Assembly: GCA_964016885.1 (NCBI GenBank)
Contig: OZ024740.1
Coordinates: forward strand, 310,930,001 to 310,994,000
Source of the DNA: Eledone cirrhosa
Lineage: Eukaryota
Direction of reading: 5' to 3'
DNA: 64,000 nt
Shown: piece after piece, positions 55,401 through 64,000 of the stretch
Position numbering within the stretch: the first letter of the stretch is position 1
Layout: each line of letters begins with the position of its first letter
Made by a program: the position numbers and the translations under genes
The notes under the pieces: generated by a model
The model's input: the letters and a program-made list of their open reading frames with translations, nothing else
Databases searched by the model: none
What the model was told of the DNA's origin: nothing

Positions 55401-56465
55401 TTTTTTCATCTTCACTCCACATAAGTGAGTGGTGACTTTAGCCGATGCATAATAGAGATGATTTAAATCAGTAATGTTTAGTTTGTTTGTGATGATAATG
55501 TTTTTGATAATTATGTTAGTCTTGTGTATTATCTTTTGGTTCTGTTTGGAGTTCTGGATCTTAGGGAGGGTGTCTCGTACCCCCATGTCAGATTCTTTCA
55601 TTTTCATCCATTCGATCATAATTTCATCCTTCAAGTTGGCAAGTTCATTCTCATTCATTTCTTTATCATTTACGATCTCATTGTTTTCATTTGGAGTTTC
55701 ATCTTGAGCATGCACTCCCTCCACTTCTTCGATCCTTTCTTTAATTTGTTCTGTTGTCAGTGATTCCGCCCCAACCCTGGGATTCGAAGTGTTACAATTT
55801 ACCTCGTTTTCACTGACACATGTTTCATTTTCCCTTCGCTGACTTTGTGCTAATAGCTTGATCTGATCAATTTCTATATCAGTTAGTAACTTTTTTTTTA
55901 CAATATTTCTTCGTATATTGGCTAGTTTGTTACTGTCAATATAGTCTCTGTTTTCGGGATGTTTCTTTTTCCAGTTGATATATGTCTGTTCTGTATTCGA
56001 TGTATTTGATAGGTAGTACATGGCAGTGTAGAAAGCCTCAAGGACTTCTTTATTATCTTCCCTTGACCATTTTTCTCTCTTTTTCTTTGGATTTCTTGGT
56101 GGTGAGCATGGAGGGCCAACAGTAGGAGTATTCCGGTTATGGGAGGTCTCCAGCTCCGAAGTGATGGGAAGGTTTGAACCATTAGCTGATTTTTCGACCC
56201 CAGTCTGGTTCCTCTCTGAGGGACGCGGCCCTTTTTTACCCGGGTGACGGCCGATCCGGTGTGAGATTTTATCATTAGACATTTACTTTATTTTGTCGCG
56301 TTTTATCCTTATCCGCCAAGGGGTAATCATTTCGTGTTACCACTTCTAGAACGAGTGTCAACCAAGACTAGAGGGGTCTTTCTCCCCTAGAGACACGGCT
56401 ATTCCCCGCCGGCTGCCATCCCGGTATTTCTTGGTCACGGGGTTTTCTTTTTTGTTGTTTTTTTA
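52488..56465 (-). mobile_element. Near full-length R4/Dong-clade non-LTR retrotransposon
   Basis: Single long ORF broken by a few stops. N-terminal KWSREDNKEV motif; RT (WKSPGKD, YRPITCL, WIDYKKAFDS, GIFQGDSLSPLLF, HLFYMDDLKL, YKYLG); CR.C....ET.DH....C; RHD; RPDI..D and EK..KY endonuclease; 3' end runs into (TAA)n. Confidence 0.93.
52632..56282 (-). pseudogene. Dong/R4 RT-RLE polyprotein (ORF pieces 53874-56282, 53235-53864, 52632-53150)
   Basis: Same-frame segments separated by in-frame stops. Confidence 0.9.
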
Positions 56466-56529
56466 AATTGTTATTATCATGAGTGGTTCCTTAATGTGAG
56501 CATTGCGTGGCTTAAGAATGAAATTATTA

Positions 56530-56582
56530 ATAATTGTTTCTACTCCAGGCACAAGGCCAGCAATCACCCAGTGCATTACAAT
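56530..56582 (-). mobile_element. SINE 3' tail fragment
   Basis: Reverse complement of the same tail as 52398-52445. Confidence 0.7.
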
Positions 56583-57289
56583 AATATAATATACTTTTTG
56601 CTGAAGTTGCCTGTTATTGTTGTTGGCTATGTCGGTGGTGGTGCTGGGGTTTTTATATTGTTGGTGGGGAAGGGGGAGCCAGCAGTGCCATAGTTGTTGA
56701 CATTTGGCCGGTGGCCGGGTCACTAAGTCAATCTATTTATATCTTTTGCTAGCCTCTCCCTTGTCTAGTGATACCGCCACCTTCCCCTTTCTTAAGTTAA
56801 CAGAAGGTAATGGGGAATAGTGGTGGTAGCAATGAAGGAGTGGTGGCGGCGGTGATGGGATAGTGGTAGCAATGATGGATGGAGTGGTGGCGGCGGTGGC
56901 GTTGTCGTTACTGAGTTTTGTTGAATAGACTGTAGTTTTGTTTGATCTGTAGTATATATGCGTTTGTGTCGCATATGTTTAATATATGTGTTGACATATT
57001 TTCTTAATATTGGAATTAAACATTTTGTTAAAACTTGAGACAATAATAATAGTAATTATTATTATGATGCTGGGATTGGTGGTGGTGGTGGTGAAATTGC
57101 AGTTATGCAATTAATTTTTATGAGACTTGATTCGGTGGTGCTTTATGCATCATTTGTACTAAGAATTGTTATTTCACAATTGATTTAAATATATTAAAAA
57201 TCAAAAACTTACGGGAGCGATTTCATGACCTTCTACCACCACGTGCATCTTCTTCCCTTATCTTATTATTATTCTGGAATGTTGCCAGG

Positions 57290-58253
57290 CACTCACTGCT
57301 CTCTACCAAGCGGGCAATGCGATCAGTGGAACTTCCACTCTCGAGTTCTATAGAGGATTAGTGGTGGGCAAGTGCGATGACGCACTCGGAGAAGCTTTGG
57401 GCCTCGACGAAGTCGAACTGACCAGTCTGTACCGGAGGACTTTTGAGCCGGGGACGATGGACAATTTCCAGAAATCCCTCGTTTGGCAGTGCTACCGGGG
57501 GGCACTGCCGGTTCGGGATAAACTCTACAGGCACGGAAATGCTGTCAGACGGACCTGCCAAGATGCGCACAGAACGACGAAACCGTTCTGCACGCACTTG
57601 TCCAATGTCCGTGCATTACTGACTTGTGGAGTTATGTCGAACAGCTACTGTCGCGTGTGGAACGAATCCGGCTATCGGCCGAGTCTATAGTGAAGATCGA
57701 TCCACCGCCTTCCTTAGGTCAGGAAGAGCAGGAAATTTTCCTCTGTCTGGTGGCAGTTGCAAAAGAGATTATATGGTGGACCAGGTTGAAAGGACTAAAG
57801 ACAGACACTTTTCTCTTCGGCCAATCCCTCATCAACTTCTTCAAGTTTCACCTGGAAAAGAAGGTGAGGGTGGAGAGAGAAGTGCTGCCCCCCAGTACAT
57901 TTGCTAAAAGGTGGGTGAATGTGGCGAGAATGGCTCGTGTGAATGGGCCTACTCTGACCATGCGCCTACAGGCTAGCTAACTTGAGGAGAGGGTGCTCTC
58001 CCTGGGTGCCCTAGAAGGGCAGGGTGGTTCAGGATTGGTGGGGTACCTGAATCACCCCAGGGTCGTACACCCCCAATCGGGGAATTTATTTTGTTATATT
58101 TATGCATAGTTTATTTTATATTTTTATATTTTCATTGTTAAATTAGTCTTGCCATTGTGCACTTTTACTCCACCTTATTGTAAACCCCCACTGTCCCTGT
58201 CTTTGTATTGTCCCCTACATGTCGGCCCTGGTGGCTAATAAATGAAATCATTA

Positions 58254-58327
<74 letters not shown>
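57290..58327 (+). mobile_element. 5'-truncated L1/Tx1-like LINE with 3' UTR, AATAAA and (ATT)n tail
   Basis: MDNFQKSLVWQCYRGALPV...FFKFHL...RMARVNGPTL, colinear with 63090-63775. Confidence 0.9.
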
Positions 58328-58668
58328 GGCGACCTACGTAGGAAATCGTATTATCGTGAGCTCCGCAAAGGTTTGTTGTTTTCAGTTGTTTCAAATTACC
58401 AGTTATGGAAAATGTTTGTTGTTTATAATTTTACATATATTGCTTTCTGAAAAGGACACAAAAAAATATTGGAGCCTTGAGCCCAAAACTTAAACTTTTT
58501 ATTTATCACATAAAATATTTCTTTGAAAAAAAACATGGACGACACATTTACTGTTTTTAACAGACCGACACCCCCTCCCCCACCACCACTAACACCAACA
58601 CCATTGTAAGCCTTGCCACGGATGCCAACACTGAAAATATAATTACTAGCAGTCTGAATTATTTAGAT

Positions 58669-59739
58669 TTGCCGCATAAAGACATGGATTTCCCGCCATT
58701 ACCAACAACTGCAGGTGTTAAAGCCGCCACCCCCACCACCACAATGTCAAAAATAACAACGAACACCACTGATACCACCACCACCACCACAGCGACAACA
58801 GAAACGCCCCCAAAAAAATTATTATCTCGTGATGTCAAAATGGATTCACCCAGAATCGACTCTTCCACGCCGAACACCACTGACACAACCACCACCTCCA
58901 CCACAACTGAAACTAAAAATAACAAAAACTACAACAGCAACAACAACAATGAGAATAACAACAACATAAACACCACTGAAAAACAAAATGTGTCGTTTGC
59001 CAAAGCAGCCAAGAAAAGCGAAAAAATGGGGGTAACTCAGGATGAATTAAATAAAGCCAAGACAATGGTAAAAAAAGATGGGTACAGGGTCAGCTCCATG
59101 GCCCCATTAAGAAGCGATGACTTCACACTCGTCCCAAGCTATTGTGGACAGAGACTCGTGAAGATCAAGGTGACCCACATTCCACCGGCCATCGAAATTC
59201 CCTGGATAATGGCTGCCGTCCTCACCGGCATCGAGGCCAACACGAAAATAATTGAAATAACAGAAGAAAAGCAGGAGAACTGGTCCGGATCTGGGATGGA
59301 GTTCCTGATCCAAGCGGACAAAAAAAGCATTGAGGAAATCCCAGAGGTAATAGACCTCACTGACGGCAGCCACCTCACCGTAATCGTTGAGGGTAGAAGT
59401 CCTAAGTGTGTCGTTTGTGGTGAAGGAATCCACCTAAAGGCTTTCTGTCCTCAGGCTAAAAAGTTGAGGCCACCTCTCTTACCCACCCCAGTGACTCAAC
59501 CATCAACACCACCAGCAGCAGAAATGGCAGCAACAACTGTAGCAGCAACAACAGAAGCAACTGTAGCAGCAACAACCCCAGCAACAGTAGCAAAACCAAC
59601 ACTACCACCACCCAACGCGCCAGAACTTGCACCAGCGCCTACACCATCCACCACGCCAAAACCAAAACCAACGCCTGTGGAGGATTTTCCACTCCCCGAC
59701 CTATCGCAACTGGAGACAGATTGTGACGACGAGGAGTGA
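58669..59739 (+). CDS. LINE ORF1p: T/N-rich N-terminus, RRM-like core, single CCHC knuckle, P/T/A-rich tail
   Basis: 356-aa ORF with CX2CX4HX4C, homologous to 9965-11000 on the minus strand. Confidence 0.8.
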   Translation: MPHKDMDFPPLPTTAGVKAATPTTTMSKITTNTTDTTTTTTATTETPPKKLLSRDVKMDSPRIDSSTPNTTDTTTTSTTTETKNNKNYNSNNNNENNNNINTTEKQNVSFAKAAKKSEKMGVTQDELNKAKTMVKKDGYRVSSMAPLRSDDFTLVPSYCGQRLVKIKVTHIPPAIEIPWIMAAVLTGIEANTKIIEITEEKQENWSGSGMEFLIQADKKSIEEIPEVIDLTDGSHLTVIVEGRSPKCVVCGEGIHLKAFCPQAKKLRPPLLPTPVTQPSTPPAAEMAATTVAATTEATVAATTPATVAKPTLPPPNAPELAPAPTPSTTPKPKPTPVEDFPLPDLSQLETDCDDEE

Positions 59740-60350
59740 TAAACTGTATCAGGAAAAAAGAAAAACAGAAAAAGAAGCCAAAAAAAAAAAATCCTCTTCC
59801 TTCCCCCTCCAAAAGCAAAATACAGGGGGAAACAAATAAACTAACAAACAAAAAAGTTAGGACAGCTATGCCACCATCCACACCAGCATCACCAACCCCA
59901 TCACTCCAAACACCACCACCATCACCATCATTAACCCCAACACCACCATCACCAACACCACAAAGGTCACCAAAAAGCGAAACAGAAACAAACCCACAAC
60001 AAACGCAAACAAAACAACCAAAACGATACAGCATTAAATTTGAACAACAACCAATTATTACACTACATCCAACACAATACCAGCATCACAGATAAAGACT
60101 ACACAACACCCAAAAAAATTCACACCACCTCCACACATACAAATCACTCGCATCACACAGAAAACGTACACGACACTAAAACAAGAATTCCCCAAGCACA
60201 TCGGAGACTTCCGACAAGCACTCTCCAGGAGGATTTATAAGGACATCCTTCCGGAGGAGGCCACAAGCAGTGAAAAGGATGGAGAAACCATCCTTCCTTT
60301 ACGAGAAGTAAGGTAAGTGGTCTTTCCCATCTTTTCCACTTCTTTTCAAC

Positions 60351-63300
60351 ATGGCTTCACTCAGAATAGGCAGCATAAATGCCCGTGTCTTGGGGTCGTC
60401 AGGGAAGCAGGGCCACCTGCTCAACCACCTCAGATCACTAAGCATAGATGTGGTTGCCATCAGCGAAACCAGAATCTCTGAGGTACGGGCCTTCGCACCG
60501 ATCTTCGGCGGCTACGATGTGTACGCATCTCCCAGCCGTCCTGGATCGGAGGGTGGAGTTGCTGTGCCTTTTCGGAGAGGTTTGGATCTCGCCATACGGG
60601 TCCTCTTCCTGGACCCAGAAGGTAAGTTGGGGGGTGCTGGACGTGACCATCGGAGACGGGCAAGCTTTCAGGCTAGTGGCCGTCTATGCCCCGACAAGAG
60701 CAGGGCGGCCTGATTTCTTCCTGCGTCTGGAGACCTTTCTTGTACGACCCGCTCTTTAGTGGTAGTGGGCGACTGGAACGGGATCTTAGATGCACGCTGG
60801 GACTGTGTGGGAGTAGCGGATATGGGGAGAAGAGTGAAAGAGCCTCACCAACCTGCTCAGGCGGTTTGAACTGTCTGACAGGTACCGATTGGATTTCCCG
60901 AATGTGCCAATGTGGACTTGGACAAATCGTATCGGGTCATCCAGATCATACCCAGATAGAGTATTTTGTAGGGAAATAGATAGGTCTAGTATATGCTGTC
61001 TATAATTCAAGATAGTCAGCTACATGGACCACAAATTCGTGATCTGTGTGCTTGACTTAGATAGGCTTCATAGACAAGGACCTGGCTACTGGAAGCTAAG
61101 CGCGTCATTACCAGCGCGCAAGGACTACACAGACCAGATTAGCGAACTAGTTAAGCGGGCGTTGACGGGGGCCATCGTCAACAACAAGTGGTGGTTTGCT
61201 CTGAAAAGAGCGATTAGAATAGAGTCCATTAGGTTTAGTAAGGCTTTAGCAATAGAGAAAAATAGAGCAGAGGGAGAACTAGTTAGAAAATTAGACGAGG
61301 TGCTTAGCAAAGGCATCGCGACCGACGTACTTGCGGCGAAATTGCCCTTGACCAATTTTTCAATGCAAAGCACGAAGGCTGCGTCGTCAGAGCTAGGGTA
61401 CGTGCTCTCAGACACGAGGGGACGAAAGCCGTTCAATGGGCCCGAGTGGCGGAGGCGCGTCGTGGCAACAGAGCCACGATCCGGTCTTTGGTGGACCACG
61501 ACGGGCAGTATGCTACTCGATCCCGGGCAAATGTGTGAAGCTTTTCAGCGACACTTCGCACAGCTGTTCGGAGGCAGCGGCGGGCCGGATCGAGGGATGG
61601 ACTTTAGTGTCTACTTCGATGGACTGCCGCGGCTCTCGGCCACTGAGGTGGAGTGTTGCTAAAAGCCGATAACAACAGCTGAAGTACGGGAGGCAATGAC
61701 TGGCTGCACAAGGGGTAAATCGCCTGGTTTGGATGGTCTGCCCTATGAACTTTTCGTACAGATGCCAGACCTGTTCGGAGGCCTCTTGGCGGACGTCTAC
61801 TGCAACTGGCAACAGGAGAATTCCCAGCTCTGTGAGCCGAGGAGCGGTGGCGCTGCTGAGAAAGGATCCGAACAAGGGGGATAACATAGACAATTTCAGG
61901 CCCATAACTCGGCTAAACACAGAGTTCAAGATTTTGGCCAAGTTGCTAGCAAAGAGGTTGGCGCTTGTTGTTGGTGGCCCGGTGAGAGAGGCGCAGACAT
62001 GCGCCATTCCAGACAGATCCATCCACGACAACCTCCACCTCATGCGATACATCGTGGAGAGGGTAGCTAGGGAACATGGCACGGGTGGGTCCTTGATCAA
62101 TTTAGATCAGTCGAAAGCTTTCGATAGGGTCGACCATCGTTATTTGGCGGCAGTCCTGAGGGCGACTGGCTTTGGGCCCGTCGTCAGAGGCTGGATTGCT
62201 GCCATGCACAGCGACATCTGCTCTGTGGTGAGAGTGAACGGTCACCTTTCGGAACCGTTCAACATCATGCACTCGGTCCGCCAAGGATGTCCCCTCTCGT
62301 CCCTCTTGTACGTATTGACTCTCGAGCCATTACTGCACAAACTGGAGACGTTGAGGGGAGGGGGGGCGTCTCGCGCGAACTAGGATGCGGAAGATCCGTG
62401 TCAGCAGAAGCGGACGATATCACCGTAGTGGTGTCGAACGCCAAACACATCGAGGCGGTCGGCACTACACTAAGAGAATACGAAGCGGTGAGAGGAGCAA
62501 TGGTCAACCAGAAAAGGTCGGTGGGTCTGCAGCTCGGCACCTGGAGAGGCAGGTCCATGCCGTCCAACAGCGTCGTCGGGCGCTGGACAGACGGGCTGGT
62601 TAAATTGCTAGGGGTCTGGTTCAGTCCAGACCACCAGACGGACAAAATCTGGGACGAGGTGACGAGCAGGGTGGCTTATGTCACCCAGAAATGGGCGGAG
62701 AGGAAGCTATTCCTGAAAGGTCGAGCGGAGGTGGCTAACATGTACATCGCGTCCGTCATCTACTACCGCCTGACCGTCGTGCCTTGTCCTAAGCCTTGCC
62801 TGACTGCACTGGAGCGTTTGCTCTTTCGCTTTATGTGGAAGGGACGCGCTCCGATGGTCAGGCGGTCCATCCGCTGTCAACACCCGCTACGTGATGGGCT
62901 GGGCATGCCGTGGTTGATGATGCGCAGACACGCGCTCAGGCTATGACATCTCCACCTCTTCCTCGACGGTGATCAGGTGTGGTCGCATTTTGCTAGACGC
63001 GTCTTTCCCCAGCTCGTCTCCTTGACGGAGCTGAAGTCCTGGGTCAAGCGAAGACCGAGAGGGAGCGCTTGGAGACTGGAATGTCTTCAGGCGCTCACAG
63101 CCCTCGACCAATCGGGCAATGTGATCGGTGGAAACTCCACCTTGGCGTTCTATAGAGGATTAGTGGAGAGGAAGAGCGACGACGTACTTGAGGAAACTCT
63201 AGGCGTCGACGAAAATCAACTAGCCAATCTCTTCGGGAGAACTTTCGGGCCGGGGCCTATGGACAACTTCCAGAAATCCCTGGCCTAGCAGTGCTACCGA

Positions 63301-63774
63301 GGAGCTTTGCCAGTTCGGGATTAACTCTACAGGCATGGAGCTGCCGTCAGCCGGGCAAGTGCGAGATGCCCGCAGGGCGACGAAACCGTCCTGCACGCAC
63401 TCGTCCAGTATCCGAGCATTGCTGACTTGTGGGTTTATGTCAAACAACTGCTGTCGCGTGTAGGACGGATCCGGCTATCAGCTGAGTCCATCGAGAGGAT
63501 TTCCCCCCTCTCCTCCTTTAGCCGGGAAGGGCAGGCAATTTGTATCTGTCTGGTGGCCATGGCGAAAGAGATAGTATGGTGGACACGTTTGAAAGGGCTG
63601 AAGACGAGCACTTACCTCTTCGGTGATGCCCTAATTAACTTTTTCAAATTTCATTTAAAAAGGAAAATCAGGGTAGAGAAGGAAGTGCTCTCTTCCCAGC
63701 ATTTTGTTGAAAGATGGGTGAGAGAGGCAAGAATGGCCCGTGTGAATGGGCCTACTCTGAGTATGTGCCTGTAA
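60351..63774 (+). pseudogene. LINE ORF2p (APE-RT) with multiple frameshifts and stops
   Basis: Consecutive ORF fragments carry the motifs in the expected order. Confidence 0.9.
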
Positions 63775-64000
63775 ATTGAAGGTGGAAAACTGGGAGAGGG
63801 CACTTGGCCTGGGGGTCAGGGTTACTGTGGCTTTTTTTAATGGGCTTTCTCCACGAATGTCCTATTGGGGAATTTTTCATTGTTTCTTTTTTTGTTACAT
63901 CCTCTGATTCTTGTTTTTTTACACGCAGAAATGCCCATTTGTACCGTCCTGTATTGTCCTATACTGTCCTTAATGTCTACTTTGTGTAACCCTTGTGGTT

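Larger units (their letters stand above)
58328..64000 (+). mobile_element. Near full-length L1/Tx1-like LINE (decayed ORF1 and ORF2; 3' UTR runs off the window)
   Basis: ORF1 with CVVCGEGIHLKAFC knuckle. ORF2 from 60351: APE (SINAR, ISET, VYAP, GDWN, DHK), RT (KSPGLDGLP, LDQSKAFDRV, SVRQGCPLS, ADD, LLGVWF) and a decayed C-terminal zinc motif. Confidence 0.93.

Noticed and set aside
60308-60365. GTAAGT donor plus polypyrimidine tract between LINE ORF1 and ORF2, suggesting a fusion intron
   Set aside because: The intron would be only about 53 nt and a TAA precedes the donor in the apparent upstream frame. Pyrimidine-rich spacers are common before ORF2.

Overview
AT-rich, microsatellite-saturated animal genomic DNA. 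The SINE and LINE families resemble those of octopod cephalopods, which is an inference from recalled consensus sequences. No complete host gene is recognisable, only a few candidate small + strand exons. The window is a dense pile of mobile elements: a hATm-type DNA transposon end (1-1824), an RTE-clade LINE with a 5' inversion (2150-4920), two non-autonomous Helitrons, three copies of an L1/Tx1-like LINE, a near full-length R4/Dong LINE, a CRE remnant, tRNA-derived SINEs, MITEs and at least six Penelope-like element (PLE) copies or remnants. Four signals stand out. (i) Many type I hammerhead ribozyme motifs with palindromic helix III sit at PLE ends next to (TA)n tracts, including an ORF-less family with an unusually long helix II. 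(ii) A near full-length Neptune-type PLE has a long coiled-coil upstream ORF ending at a U_UUU_UUA slippery site. (iii) A Naiad-type PLE has TGA at a conserved Cys. (iv) Microsatellites appear to be partitioned as targets: PLEs at (TA)n, and Dong, the SINE and Tx1 at (TAA/ATT)n. All calls come from manual reading and translation, and boundaries are approximate unless stated.
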